The translations under genes and the position numbers were made by a program. The notes under the pieces are model-generated. The model was not told where the DNA came from, searched no databases, and saw only the letters and a program-made list of their open reading frames with translations. Below, piece by piece: positions 1-12,791 of a stretch of 64,000 nucleotides of DNA; the first letter of the stretch is position 1, and each line of letters begins with the position of its first letter. Location of the stretch: assembly GCA_000004985.1 (NCBI GenBank), contig GG738885.1; one strand, written 5' to 3'. The stretch comes from Naegleria gruberi (lineage: Eukaryota).

Positions 1-1870
1 AGAATCGGCATATTTCCTTTCATGGTTAATCACATTTTTAGTGATTAGTTTAGTTTTTGCTTTGGTGAATGTGTTGGGTGGAATGATCTTTCAAATGTCC
101 ATATTTTTGAATGCAAATTTTGTTGTTTTGTTTCTTTTATTCTTTAGTTTCTCATTTTCACTTATTTGCCTTTCATTCTTTCTGTCAACTTTTATTAAGG
201 AATCAAGAAATGCATTAATTCTTGGATTTACAGTTTTGGCTATATCATTTGTAAGTTCTCAATATTTTTTGTAATTTATAATATTGGAGAAAGATATTGA
301 ACTTGACAGTTTCGAATGGAGGAATTGTTTATCTTCTCTATTCAGACAAAATTTCTCCCTTCTTCTATATCATCTTCTCATTCTATCCACCATTTAATTT
401 TGCAAAGGTTTTCATTGATATTGCTTCTAAAACCTTACCTGAATACGATTCTGCACTGAGAAGATTTGTTAGTGGTCCTGGTTACTCTTTTACAGATTTT
501 TTTGTTGGAAAGAACTCTTATGATTATGTACCTGCTTCTTGGATTGGAGTTGGTCTCTTGTTCCTAGACGGTTTGTTCTTTCTAATCCTGTATTGGTATT
601 GTGACAATGTCATTTCTGATGGAAACGGTATTCGAAAGTCACCAATCTTTTTTCTCTATCCTTCCTATTGGGGAATTCAATGCTTTCGTTCAAAGGAACA
701 CAAAGCACCATCAGATGATAACATTACCTTCTCCAAATTTGAAACAGATGATGTCAAGGTAGAATTTAAAAGAGCAAGAGATTGGAGTCAACCAGCAATT
801 GTTAGAATCATTTCATTAAGGAAAACATTTTCTGGCTTTTTTTCAAGAATTGCACACAAAATACTTCCTCAAAAGTATGCTGACAAATTTTCAGAGAAGA
901 AAGCACTCAAAGAGTTGAATCTTGTTGTGAGGGATAATGAATGTGTCAGTTTGTTAGGGCATAATGGAGCTGGCAAGTCAACTACAATGAATATTTTGAC
1001 AGGTTTGTTTGAGCAATCACATGGTGAGGCATATGTTTCTGATTTAGATGTTAAAACTTCCATTTCTGCTGTTAGAAAACAGCTTGGCATTTGTCCTCAA
1101 CATGACATTTTGTGGGATGATTTGACAGCTGAAGAACATTTGGAATTATTTGGAGATTTGAAAGGAATTCCAAGAAAAGAATGTAAAGAGCAAGTTAAAT
1201 CGTTATTAGATTCTGTCGAGCTGTCAAAAGTTGGACATCATTTGACAAAGACTTATTCTGGTGGAATGAAGAGAAGATTATCCATCTGTATTGCATGTAT
1301 TGGAAATCCTAAATTGATTCTTCTCGATGAACCAACAACTGGATTAGTAAGTAAGCTCTTCAATTATTCATTTACCAACTCTATTCGAAATAGGATCCCT
1401 ATTCAAGAAAGAAAGCTTGGAATTTAATTCACAACATGAAAAAAGGAAGAGCCATGATTTTGACAACACATGCAATGGATGAGGCTGATTATCTTTCGGA
1501 TAGAATTGCAATCATGGCCAATGGTGAGTTGAAATGTATTGGAACCTCACTTTCAATCAAATCTCAATATGGAAGTGGTTACAACTTGATGGTTGTGGCC
1601 AATTCAGGTCACGAAGATAGTATTCTCACATTAATCCAACATAAAGTTAAAGATCTCAAGGTTGTGAGTGAAAATGCTGGAAATTTCATATTTAACATTC
1701 CAAAGCATCAAGTGAGTGAACTTTCTGATTTGATTTCAGAAATGGAAAAGCAATCATCTAGAATAGATGGTATCATTAAGGATTGGGGAATTTCTCAAAC
1801 CACATTAGAAGAGGTCTACTTGAAAGTTACTCAAAAGTCAGAGTTTTCCTTTTCCAAAAACAAAACCTGA
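1..1870 (+). CDS. ABCA-family ABC transporter, C-terminal part (5' end outside window). Exons about 1..250, 294..1346, 1394..1870, with 43- and 47-nt introns.
   Basis: Hydrophobic TM segment at 41-250. Walker A LLGHNGAGKST. ABC signature plus Walker B YSGGMKRRLSICIACIGNPKLILLDEPTTGL, then a gtaagt..atag intron. After splicing the frame reads DPYSRKKAWNLIHNMKKGRAMILTTHAMDEADYLSDRIAIMANGELKCIGTSLSIKSQYGSGY, matching the ABCA NBD pattern. Confidence 0.8.
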
Positions 1871-2024
1871 TTGTTGATAAAGCACCAACATTCCTTTACA
1901 ACAATCAAAACTCTTTCAATGACAGTGTAATCCAATCAATTCAATACTTGTTACTAAAATCTGTAAAACTCTAAAGATTCTCATCACACAATAAAATTAA
2001 CTTTTTTTTGCATTTAAAAAAAAA

Positions 2025-4274
2025 ATGTTTTTGCAAAAGTCAAAAGTGAGCAGAGTTTTGGTTCACACCTCTGCTCGCCATCAGCAGCAATCTCATCATC
2101 AATTTAAGAAGAACAATGTTGTTGTTCATCATGGCACCAACGGAATGACTTCATCATTGACTAGACACAGATCCATCGCTTTGAATAATAGCAATTTTAT
2201 AGAAGCTTCATTATCCAGCTTGGTATCATCCAATAATAATAATAATAATCATAATGGATTGAATAGTCATGTAATTATTAGTAATGCTAAACAGAAGAGT
2301 TATTCTACTACCTCTTCTTCATCTTCTTCATCTTCTTCATCTCTTTCAGTTTCTAAACCATCAAATCAACAAACAATTTTAACCTTTATTGAAACAACAA
2401 AAAAGAAGAGAATTGAGACTGAAAAGAAGGAAATGGTTAAAGATATTCTTGATACCTTCTCCGATGACCCATTCACATCTAAATTCTTGACTAACATCAT
2501 TTCAAGCAAGGTTTTTGCATATTCTACACCAAAGAAATTGAAGGATACCTTTCAAGTTTTATTATTGAGAAAATCTAGAAAGACTATTCTGTCTAGTAAA
2601 TTTGATGAATTACCGGAAGAGAGACAATATTCATTAATGTGTAAAACATTGAGCGAAGACCTTCTTCCCTTCATTCAAGAATACATTAGTGAAGGAAAAT
2701 TCGATTTCTTGAAAAAGGATACTATTTTACAATCACTCTTCCTTCCAACAAGATCTATGAGATATATTTCTAGAGATGTTGCTTTATATCTTTTGGAGAA
2801 TAATACTTATATGAAATTGAATATCAAGAGAAGTATTGTTGAAGATGCAGTGCTTTCATATTATAGAGTTATGGAAGATTTATCAGGATTTACCAAGTTT
2901 GTTACTGAGAATCAACTCGACATGTCTGTTCTTCGTTATGGAATGTTCATAGAATTGATTAATAAGAATGGAGATTCTAATTCATTAACAACTGTTTTCG
3001 AGGAATTGTTGAATTATCTTTTACAGAGAGAAGAGTTAAATCTCACTCCTAAAGAATGGGATATTATTTCCAAGTCTTTTAGTTTAGCTATTAATCATTA
3101 CCAATTATTAGGAGAACTTGACAAGGCAGAGGAATTATTCAGTCTTTCCATTCACTCTCAAAATCTGTACTCTAAACCATCCAATTTTAAAACTGAAAAG
3201 GACATTTCAATTTTGAAATCACATATTTATAGCTCTTTGACTACATTCAATTCAATAATCAAGACCTACCTTAATGCTGGAATGGTAGAACAATCTTACA
3301 AGTTAGTGGAAGTTGCATTTGCAGAGTTAGCATATTTGGCAAACAAGAAAATTATTAATGCTCCTCTTGTAAAACAATCCAAGCAATTCATTTCTATCAT
3401 CAATCCATTGTTGAATGTACTTATTTCAAGGGGTAATTTGCAAGAAGCTGATAAGGTAGTAACATCGATATTTGACAAGTCATCATCTTTGCAAAAATCA
3501 TATAACCGTACTATGAACCAATTGTTTACTACTTCTGACTATTCAATTAATGCTGACCGTGTTACTTTCTTGATACTTATCAGAAGACATAGTATTGATG
3601 GAAATATTACAGAAATTGTAAATATTATGAGAAATATGCACGTTTTTGGCGTAAGTCCATCCAATGAAATTCTTCAGTCAGCCATTGTTAGTTTGGCCTT
3701 CAATGGTCAATCTGCTGGTGTTGAAGCACTATTACAATTCTTAGTTTCTGAATTTGATTACAAACTCACAGATTATGCTGCTTATGCCATAATGAAGTGT
3801 TATGTGCAAACAGGAAACATTCAAAAGGCTGAAAGAGTTTTAGAAGAATATTCTGGAATTGGCAAACCAATTATTGGCATGTATAATGTTGTCATTGGTT
3901 CTAATCTGACTCAACTCCATAACTATGAAGCAGCTTGTCAATATTTCTTCAATGCTGTACAGCAATCCGGATTGGCTTTCGCTGTTAACCAACATACCTT
4001 TACCCCATTCATTAACTTTTTCACAATTGCTGCCGATGAAACAGCTTTAAAGTGTATCAACACTCTTCAGACGCTTGCTAATCAAAATCCAAAGGAAACA
4101 GCATTCTTAAAATACTCTCAAATACTGAAAACTATTTATGAAGATATTTCAAAGGGAAGAAAGGGTGAAAATAATGGAGCATCAGTGGAATCTGTTGTTG
4201 AACAAGCAGTTCAAAAGACAAAGTCATTACTCTCTCAAGCTAAGAGTGAAATACATAAGGAAATGCGTAAATAA
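2025..4274 (+). CDS. Hypothetical protein, 749 aa. N-terminal presequence-like region and poly-N/poly-S tracts; C-terminal half looks like a PPR/TPR-type helical repeat.
   Basis: Long uninterrupted ORF starting at ATG 2025. N-terminus MFLQKSKVSRVLVHTSARH is basic/hydroxylated, like a mitochondrial presequence. Repeated about 35-aa helical hairpin motifs (e.g. SFNSIIKTYLNAGMVEQSYKLVEVAF, YNVVIGSNLTQLHNYEAACQYFFNAVQQSGL). Product assignment is tentative. Confidence 0.55.
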   Translation: MFLQKSKVSRVLVHTSARHQQQSHHQFKKNNVVVHHGTNGMTSSLTRHRSIALNNSNFIEASLSSLVSSNNNNNNHNGLNSHVIISNAKQKSYSTTSSSSSSSSSSLSVSKPSNQQTILTFIETTKKKRIETEKKEMVKDILDTFSDDPFTSKFLTNIISSKVFAYSTPKKLKDTFQVLLLRKSRKTILSSKFDELPEERQYSLMCKTLSEDLLPFIQEYISEGKFDFLKKDTILQSLFLPTRSMRYISRDVALYLLENNTYMKLNIKRSIVEDAVLSYYRVMEDLSGFTKFVTENQLDMSVLRYGMFIELINKNGDSNSLTTVFEELLNYLLQREELNLTPKEWDIISKSFSLAINHYQLLGELDKAEELFSLSIHSQNLYSKPSNFKTEKDISILKSHIYSSLTTFNSIIKTYLNAGMVEQSYKLVEVAFAELAYLANKKIINAPLVKQSKQFISIINPLLNVLISRGNLQEADKVVTSIFDKSSSLQKSYNRTMNQLFTTSDYSINADRVTFLILIRRHSIDGNITEIVNIMRNMHVFGVSPSNEILQSAIVSLAFNGQSAGVEALLQFLVSEFDYKLTDYAAYAIMKCYVQTGNIQKAERVLEEYSGIGKPIIGMYNVVIGSNLTQLHNYEAACQYFFNAVQQSGLAFAVNQHTFTPFINFFTIAADETALKCINTLQTLANQNPKETAFLKYSQILKTIYEDISKGRKGENNGASVESVVEQAVQKTKSLLSQAKSEIHKEMRK

Positions 4275-4294
4275 TAAATTTAAGGGAATTTAAA

Positions 4295-6666
4295 TCAAAA
4301 TTTTATGTCATAGGATCTTTTCTGTTGTGGAACCTCTTGAAAAGAGAGTTTTGGAGAAGGTACAGTGATAGATCTAGTTTCTAAACACTCTCCTTCCTGT
4401 TCGACATATTGAATAAAATGCTCACAAATAGATTTCAAGCCAGTGGAAATATTTGAAAATCTGCAAAATGTAAATAAATCTCTCACGGTTTGATTTCCAT
4501 TCATTTCAAAATAGTTTCTAAATCTACTGTCTAGCTCAACAAGATTTGCAAAATTGTCACTTTCTGAAATACCCACAACAATTACACTCATAGGAATACT
4601 TGAGCATTGTTGTAGCTCTTTGATTGTGGAGTTAATATCATTGATATCAGTATGGGTAAGTACAAGCACTGTGGTATAGCATTTCTCTGAAATACTTTGT
4701 TTCTTGATGATACTTCTGGCGTTGTGTACAATAGGTGCCAACAAATTTACCTGCCCGTTTGGAACAATATCACCTCTTTCTATATTATCCATTAAAATCA
4801 TTTGTTTTGCTATCAAATTTTGGTCTTGTAGGTTTGATCCACCAACCACCTCAAAACAACTTTGATTCACTCTTGATTTGTCCATTCTTAGTTTTCCTCT
4901 ATGATAGAAGAGCTTGTGTTCTCTTTTTGATCTGAAATTCTCCATCATACTACCAAACATGTGGATAGATTGTGAGTATCTTGAAGAAAATGATTCCAAA
5001 TTATTTTTCTCAAAATTCACATCAATATTTACAATTAAATCCAAAGAATATCCACTCTTCAAGTATTGATAAATGTTTGGTCTTGATTCAATGGAGAACA
5101 CATCCAGTTTTACAATTCCACTATTCACATAGTTTGGATTTTGGTTGTACCTTTCATTAACAAGTGAAAATTCTCTACCTTGTGAAATCTATAATTACGT
5201 ATCAATACAATAATTATTCTCAATAACAAACTAACCTTCAATTCGTTAAATGTCGTCTCAAAAACTCCAATAAATGAGTGTTTTCTCTTATCGCTACAAT
5301 GAATGTCAATTTTGTTTCTATTATTGAATATATTACTTACATATTCCAATCAAATACTTCAATCTTTAGGGGTGTATCAAAATTTGTGTTAGAAATGTCA
5401 AATGAAGCAATTTTTCTTTGTTTCCATGTTGGATTTTTGGTATGTTTATACTCTGTCACAATTACCTTCTCATAGAATCCCTCAACATCTTGCTTACTTA
5501 TCACCAAGTAAGGATCACTGGTATCTTGAATGTATCCCTTTCCATCCAAATTACGAGCAGAAAATTGCAAAGTAACTAGATTATTGTATAGGGAGCTCTC
5601 TTCTGCCATTATATTAATAGATCCAATTGTATTGATTCTATTCTCGTCATAGACATTCTTCCTTAATAGTGCTGATGATGTAGTAATCAAATCATTTGAG
5701 AATAAAAACTATGTTGTGTTAACTAATTTTGTTTGAAAAATCATTAATACTTACACATTCACCAATTATTTCATTATTCTCATTACTAATTGAAATACAC
5801 AATTTTTGTAAGTGATGAAATTTGTAATGATAGATTAGTGGCTTCTCCATTTTGAATAATTCAGAACATTTGATAAGGCTTGTCTCTGAAACCACTGGCC
5901 ACTGTTTACAATCACTCACATATACATTTTCCACTTTCAACTTGACTTTTAACACGTCTGCATTACATTGACTCAAATTAACATTTGCAAAAACCTCTAA
6001 AATCGTCTCTGAGGCACATTTTGAATCGGGTTTAGTTTTTTGAGGAGGTCCCAAGACATCCATCATTGAAGATCTTCCACTTGGTGAGGCAGGAAATACA
6101 GAAGGAATACTATTCGAATATCGATTCAATTCACTTTCTAATGATGGAGAGGGCGACTCGGCAATCGGTTTTAATGAATGATTGTTGCTATTATTAACTA
6201 TTATTGGCTTAAAGTGAGTCGTTGAAGTAGTGGGAATATGTTGTTGTGAAGGTATTTGATAATTACTTCCAGAATCTGATGAAAGGCTACCACCATGTAT
6301 ATTGATCGGAGAAGATGAATGAGATGGATTGTGAATAGATTCTCCATTCCGATTTCCAATTAGTGTTGTTGGAAGCCAATGCTGTGCCGACGATGTAAAA
6401 GTATTATTATTTGTATTTGCATTTGCATTGTTGATATTGTTGTGATTTACTTGTTGATTATGATCAAAGAATAGTGCTTGTTGATGTTGATGAGCATAGA
6501 ATCGATTCATATCTGGACTTTCCAAGGTTCCGAATGATAAATTATTTGCAAGGCTCGGAGTAACATTTAATGTTGTTGTTTGATATTGTTGTAATTGATG
6601 TTGCTGATGCTGCTGATGAGGAGAATTGAACATTTGATCATTGACTCCAGTAGTTGAAAGAATCAT
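4295..6666 (-). CDS. Copine (two C2 domains plus C-terminal vWA-like domain). Multi-exon; coding ORF segments 5719..6666, 5337..5690, about 5230..5330, 4295..5128.
   Basis: C2-like segments (TLQFSARNLDGKGYIQDTSDPYLVIS...KNPTWKQ; LKVKLKVENVYVSDCKQWPVV). Copine vWA-type segment (PMSVIVVGISESDNFANLVELD, YTTVLVLTHTDINDI). Q/H-rich N-terminus. gtaagt/ag introns between the ORF pieces. Confidence 0.8.
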
Positions 6667-6865
6667 AATATTAATAATATTATTTACGGAATCTATTTGA
6701 TAACAGACAGTGTAAATATCCTGTTGGTTGTAATTTATGGATCAAACCTTCCTTTCTGTTTTGTTTGCTTTTTTTCTTGGAATTTGAATTGGAAGGTAAA
6801 TGGTTTGTTGGTTATTATGAATTCTAAAAGGACTCTTGATTCCAATTCGGAACACAGGTTGCAGT

Positions 6866-8419
6866 TTATTGAGTTAAATCCATGAAATAAATCATTTCCT
6901 TGACTGAGGAAAAACGTTTGCTATTCAAAAGAATGTCTCTATGTTTGAAATGAATGTTGAAAGCGTTGGAATGTGTGGTAATGTGGTAGATGGTTTCGTC
7001 TGGATACCTAAAGAAGGATGGAGAAATATTGAGGGTGGAAAAGAGTTCTGAACTTTCTTGGAGTGTATTTTCAAACCTTAAACACAGTAATTTATGTCTG
7101 AGATATTTGAGGACATTCTCAAAATGTACAAAAGCTTTCCTATAATATTGAGATATTCGATTAAATGGGCAATTATCAAAAAAAAACACTTACTCTAATG
7201 TTAAGGTATTGTCTCTGACCATATCATGAACTTGAAGAAGACAATCCTGAAGTAAAACATCAATTGATTCACTGTTCAATAGAGTGGCGGCTGCTTCTGG
7301 AGCATTGAGCAACTTGGTTTGAGTCTCCCAAAATGGCTTTAAGGTGTAAGATGAAAATTATAATAGAAATACATACTGAAGATGATGATTCTGTAAGTGT
7401 CACTACTAAAATTACATTTTGATTAATTTGAATTTTGATTTCCAAGTCTGTTAGTTCTACAACAGTAAATTCTGTGTTGGTTGGTCTTGACACGCAAGCA
7501 ACAAGCTATTGAACTGTTAGAAAATGGTCACATCAAAAATTACACATACCGTATCAAATAATTCCAAATAAAAAACAGATTGCTGAGCTTTTTCTAAAAT
7601 GTCATCAACATTCTTGAGTGTATCTGGGTAGTGTTTTGAAATGACAGAGGTAAGCATTGATCGTCTTCCGTAGGTTGCTATGGCTGGAATAATTAAATCG
7701 ATTTTCTTAGCTTCCCTCTTTCTGATAATTTTTACAAGGATAGTTTCATACAGTTTCATAGAAGGGAAATTATAAGCAAGATCCACAAAAAAGTTATTAT
7801 TTCCAAATTGTTTCACTTTCCACTTTTTTTGTAATTTGAAAATAGTTTGATAAAAGTCACTGGTTCTTTCCGATCTTTTTCTCAATTGTTCACTTCCACT
7901 CTTTAAAATTCCATGAGTGTAGATAAGTTGTTCAATTCTACTTGGGAAAAGTTCTCCAGCTTTTTCTTTAGTCCTCAAGTCTTCATTAAAAGTTCTGTGA
8001 GCATTCACAGTTTCTATTAATTGATCATCCGATGTCTCCTTCATCATTTTGGAAACGTCGTGAATAAATTGTACTTCATAGATTGCTTGTCTTAACTTGT
8101 TTACAGTCTTTTCCCATTCTGGTTCTGGGACTTTTCTTATTGTTGGTGGAGGAAGTTGTTGTGAGTCATCAAATCTAATTGATTCCAATTGTCTTTGATA
8201 ATAGGTAGGAGTAAAATCGAATTTGTTTTGTATAATTCTGGCAAAATTCTCTTCAGCACCTAGATTTGGTACAATAGTTTCCTTGCCATCAGTATCATAA
8301 AATTGTATCCTAAATTCTTCGTATGGATCCAGGTTGAGAAGTATTTGTTCTCTCTGTGATGAAGATGATCCACCATTCTCGTTTTCATGTATTGTTCCTC
8401 CATTTGTATTTTCAGTCAT
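6866..8419 (-). CDS. Hypothetical conserved protein, multi-exon (main exon 7517..8419, further exons about 7269..7493 and 6866..7189).
   Basis: 300-codon ORF with ATG at 8419. Downstream minus-strand ORF pieces are separated by GT..AG-bounded AT-rich gaps (e.g. donor gtaagt around 7190). No family recognised. Confidence 0.5.
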
Positions 8420-9774
8420 TTTTTTGTGTTGAATTTAAAAAATTGTTTTTATTCATCGGAATTGTTTTGTCTTGTTTACTTGCCAAGCCAATTTACCACA
8501 CAAAACCTATTCATAAGAAACTTGATAAAACACGAATTGTTGTTGAATTTCGTATGTCTTACCAATGTTGTATGTTTAAACAATAATGCCATGGTTGATG
8601 ATTCAAACAAATCAATTAAAAATATGATGATGGTTATTCTCCTTTGAATGCACTTGATGGGAAACATTTACTGCTTGCTATTGATACCTTTAAAACAAGC
8701 ATCCAAACAAGCAACAACTACCTCACTAATGAATGGCAAAATAATCAACAGAAGTGTTTCGGAGTTGATAGCTATTTGGTTAATTGAAAATTGTGTCAAT
8801 ACTATTAATTAGAAAATTGAGGAAACCAATATGAAACAGAGCCAACCAATCTATGAAATTATTATTAGGCATGGAATAATGCAAAATCAAAACTATTGGA
8901 AAGATATGATATTTCATCATTTCTCTCTTCTGAAATCAAAAATAAGATATTACAACTTGTGATTACAAGAAAGTTAGTAACAAAAAGTGACAAAGTGGAG
9001 AATGATTTAACTTGGTCAGACTTGGAGAACAGAGGATTGGTAATGTTAGAGCAATTTAATACAATCAAAGAAAACTCTTCACAAGAAGAGAATGCTCAAG
9101 TTCAGGTTACATATCCTATCATTCTTTCATCATTATTACCTACTAATTTAAGAGATATTTACAACAAATTATTCAATACCAACCTCTCTGAACTATAGAA
9201 GGCCATCTTCTTGGGAGGATGTAGTTTTTGAATATTATTATTTGACCCTGGTATTATCGAAAGAACAAAAATCATTAACATTGAAAGAATTATTTCCATT
9301 TTCAAAATGAATCCAACACATCAGATTTAATAAGACTTATTCGAAACATGAAGTTAATTTCATCATGATGATTTGGATTTCCAATAGTTGTAGCATTCTC
9401 CTCATTATGACGATGAGAACAACATCAAGACCTCCTATTTCCAAAGCTCTCTTCAGTTGCTCCCAATTGACTTGGTGTGAATAATTTGGTGGTGTTTGAA
9501 TGTTGTTTAACCCACCTGCCTACAGAATAATCAATGAAGTAAAATTAAAAGGCTGATGATGAATATGATTACATGATGAACTCATTACGGAATCGTTATT
9601 GTTGATCCAACTGGCTCTCTAACATTAAATATGTTTGGATTTGTGGATGTTGGTTGTGTTTTGATGTTTCTTGCAATCTTCTCCTTTCGTTTGGAATGTT
9701 GAGGCATTTTGCTCTCATTCTCTCCATACTAAGAGTCTGCACAATCAACAAGCCTTGTTCTCCTTTACAAAAAA

Positions 9775-11442
9775 ATGTCTTCCAAGCCTAATAGTAGTAG
9801 TGGTATCAAAAGTGACAAGATAGCAATATATCAAGCATGTTTCATTTCCCCCGAGTATGAAGAAAAACTATTGGAAGTGGATGCAATCTTGGAGGCTAGA
9901 AAGAAAGACAAATCTATTTCTATTGATGACTTTCTGAATCAATCACGTGATAGAAAAAGCAAGAAGAAAAAGAAGAGTGAAGATAGCCTTCTAATGGATA
10001 CTGAGGATCTAAGAAAGTTATTTGATGTAATCAAGAAGAAGGCTGACATTGGAAACGAGGATAACTCGTTCACTAGTAAAGGAAAAAGGGAAAAGGAAGA
10101 AATCATTATCAACCTATTAGCTGGTAATGAAAAGGCTTTGAATGTGTTTCGTGACATCCTCTCGGAATGCAAAAAGAATATAGTTGCTCACAACAATAGA
10201 TTTGTCAAAATTGAGCCAATTTGGCAGGTTGGTGTTGCTGTAGTTTTGACAAGCAAATTCAAAGATGACTATATCAATATTGGATTTGGTAATTTGAAAT
10301 CTGTACCAGTTGAGGGAAGTGAAATAGTCCAAGTAGAAATTAGACAAATTCTTGAACATGCTGAACAATTTGTAAATGGTGTTGAAATAGTTACGGGAAG
10401 TATTATTGATTATCCCTACTCTCTGCTCTCTAAATACATGACGGAACAGGATAATCGATTGTTGAGCAATCCTCCTCCATCCAGAAGAAATATACTGCCT
10501 GTTAATAATCTATTAATATTTGATAGCAGATCTACTCGAATGGATATTGGTGGTGAAGAAAGTGTAATGAATGTTGATCGTATGCATGTAGATCAACCTA
10601 TTATAAGTGATCTGGATAGAATAACAAGTAATAATTCCGATAGTGGTAGTAGTAATATCAATCAAATTGCAAATAATCCTATTCCAAATACTATTCAAAA
10701 TAATCATACTAGTAATCATAGTCTTGTTCCTACTAATCCAATCCATATTAATAGTAATCCTATTCTTACAAATAGTTCAATTAATAATCAAGTTGTCACT
10801 AATCTACACAACTCTTCAAATAATAACAAATTGAGTTTCATTTCAAATCATAATAATACTACTCTAATTGCTATGAATAGTAATGACAATATTCCAGCAT
10901 CTGCATTACTCCACAATTATGAGTACATGTTCGGAAATGATGGTATAAGCAACCCAAACACCAACAAGCCATTTCTAGTAGTTAGTACAAAAGATATGAT
11001 AAAGCTCTTAGACAGCTACAGTCAATTGATAGCACATTATGATATTATGAAAATGCAAATTGACAGTGACTCTCAATTAATCAATAGTTTCAAGATATTG
11101 GCCAGTGGTAGAAAAATAATTGATACTTCTGTTGTTGCAGTACAAACAGTTATCATCCTTTTTGGACAAAAAGAGAAGGTTATTACTAAGACTGAATTGG
11201 CTAATTTCAAAAAAATCGTTCATATTAATCATGCTCTGGACAAGATAGTCGAGTGGTTTGACCTTGAAGAAAGTAATTTAAGCAATCATGAACAACAGTT
11301 AAAAACATTTCTAAGTCAATACCATAAAGGTCTTGAATTGAATGAAAGTTCTTTGAGAAATAGAAATTCAAAGAAACCCCCTAAAAAGAAGAGAAAACAG
11401 GTACAAGACAGTAGTGGTGCAAGTAGTAGCAATGATCAATGA
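9775..11442 (+). CDS. Hypothetical protein, 555 aa, with a central N/S/T-rich low-complexity region and a basic C-terminal tail.
   Basis: Single long ORF from ATG 9775. Lys-rich patches (KSKKKKKSED; KKPPKKKRKQ) look like nuclear localisation signals. No recognisable catalytic domain. Confidence 0.55.
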   Translation: MSSKPNSSSGIKSDKIAIYQACFISPEYEEKLLEVDAILEARKKDKSISIDDFLNQSRDRKSKKKKKSEDSLLMDTEDLRKLFDVIKKKADIGNEDNSFTSKGKREKEEIIINLLAGNEKALNVFRDILSECKKNIVAHNNRFVKIEPIWQVGVAVVLTSKFKDDYINIGFGNLKSVPVEGSEIVQVEIRQILEHAEQFVNGVEIVTGSIIDYPYSLLSKYMTEQDNRLLSNPPPSRRNILPVNNLLIFDSRSTRMDIGGEESVMNVDRMHVDQPIISDLDRITSNNSDSGSSNINQIANNPIPNTIQNNHTSNHSLVPTNPIHINSNPILTNSSINNQVVTNLHNSSNNNKLSFISNHNNTTLIAMNSNDNIPASALLHNYEYMFGNDGISNPNTNKPFLVVSTKDMIKLLDSYSQLIAHYDIMKMQIDSDSQLINSFKILASGRKIIDTSVVAVQTVIILFGQKEKVITKTELANFKKIVHINHALDKIVEWFDLEESNLSNHEQQLKTFLSQYHKGLELNESSLRNRNSKKPPKKKRKQVQDSSGASSSNDQ

Positions 11443-12134
11443 TAGGTCAGTCGGAAGGACTTTACTTTGCAGTGTGGAAGTAGCAGTTAATTATTAGAAG
11501 CATTTGATGATGGCGATTATGGAATTGAGTTGTTGATTTTTTTTGTAATTATGCATGGTTTATTCAGCGTCTCCATATTGCTTGTCAGAATGAATAATAA
11601 TTGTGCTTACTCTCCACACAATTTGTACAATAACAACAATAAACATTCAATCCAAACAAATATAATTATTTCTCTCGAATCACATTTCCCGATTTGGGCC
11701 AAGAAGTTTTTCATATGTAAAAAAAGTTGGTAAAAATCCCAATTTTCTCAATCAAAACCACCTTCTTACTACCCTCAGTAGGTGTTTAGTAACAAAAGTA
11801 ATTATTCCCTTGTTCCGAAAATTCCATGATGATATCCACCAATACTAATTATCGAAGGAATTGTATCATGTATTATCGATGTTTGGTATGCTAGAAAAAA
11901 TATTTGTACTATTGCTCATCTAAATATTCACCACAGAAGTTCTATTAATCGAGGTAATACTATCTTTAATGTCCTTCAATTTACCATTATTATTGCTTGA
12001 TGATGAAAGCATGAAAATTGGTATTATTAAAAATCATGCCTCATTTTTTTTCATTGTAAATTACCAGTAGGTTAGACAACCTAGAATTTTGAAAAAGTTT
12101 GTTGAAAAAAAAATCCATAAATCTCACGCCAAAA

Positions 12135-12596
12135 ATGCCATCAAAGTTATTCAGTCAACTCTTGGTTCAAATCGGTAGACCAGTCGTCTTCTCATCTGGT
12201 GCCAACAAGGGAAAGTTAGCCGTTATTGTTGATATTCTCGATGCCAACAGAGTTTTGGTTGAAGGTGAACAAATCCCAAGACATATTGCTTGTACTGGTG
12301 ATATTCAATTGGTTAACGCCCTCGCTGCTGTTACCTCTGCTTCCACCACTGAAGAAGTCGTCAAGGCTGCCCAATCATCTGAAGTCCAATCTGCTTATTT
12401 GGCCAGTCCACTTGTTAAGTTGCACTTGAAGAGAGTTAAGAGACAAAACTTGACTGATTTCGATAGAGTCAAGGTTCAAATCTTGAAGAAGAAGAAGAAC
12501 GCTCTCATCAGAGAAAAGCTCTCTGCTTTGGTCCAAAAGAACGGAAGTGAAGTTGTGAAGAAGCTCGCTGCTAAGAACGCTCCATTGAAGCAATAA
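12135..12596 (+). CDS. RPL14: 60S ribosomal protein L14e
   Basis: MPSKLFSQLLVQIGRPVVFSSGANKGKLAVIVDILDANRVLVEG matches the L14e N-terminal KOW-like region. Lys-rich C-terminus. ATG at 12135 lies inside the longer ORF-track frame. Confidence 0.8.
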   Translation: MPSKLFSQLLVQIGRPVVFSSGANKGKLAVIVDILDANRVLVEGEQIPRHIACTGDIQLVNALAAVTSASTTEEVVKAAQSSEVQSAYLASPLVKLHLKRVKRQNLTDFDRVKVQILKKKKNALIREKLSALVQKNGSEVVKKLAAKNAPLKQ

Positions 12597-12791
12597 ATTT
12601 TATAAAACAATAATTAAAATTCACAAATCTGTTCTTTCTTTTCCGATCATCATTAAACTAATAATAAAATCTAGGATATTGTTGATTTGCAGGATTTTGT
12701 TGAATTAAAGTGAAAATAGATTTTTATCTCCTGAAACTATTTCAAACTAATTAAGGCTGCAAGGTATTGCATTCTAAAAACTTCACATAAT

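Noticed and set aside
8896-9198. 100-codon plus-strand ORF (MERYDISSFLSSEIKNK...) and a possible small spliced minus-strand gene at 9200..9760 (MPQHSKRKEKIARNIK...).
   Set aside because: No motif recognised, and exon joins could not be made to give a convincing protein. Left unannotated, although the 1.3-kb 'empty' interval 8420..9775 probably hides a small gene or long UTRs.
12099-12134. ORF-track N-terminal extensions / non-ATG 'M' starts (for example 12099, 30702, 36417, 42858, 48894, 49523, 62637).
   Set aside because: The first codons are GTG/TTG or lie upstream of the first ATG. Eukaryotic initiation at the first in-frame ATG was assumed and the coordinates were trimmed accordingly.
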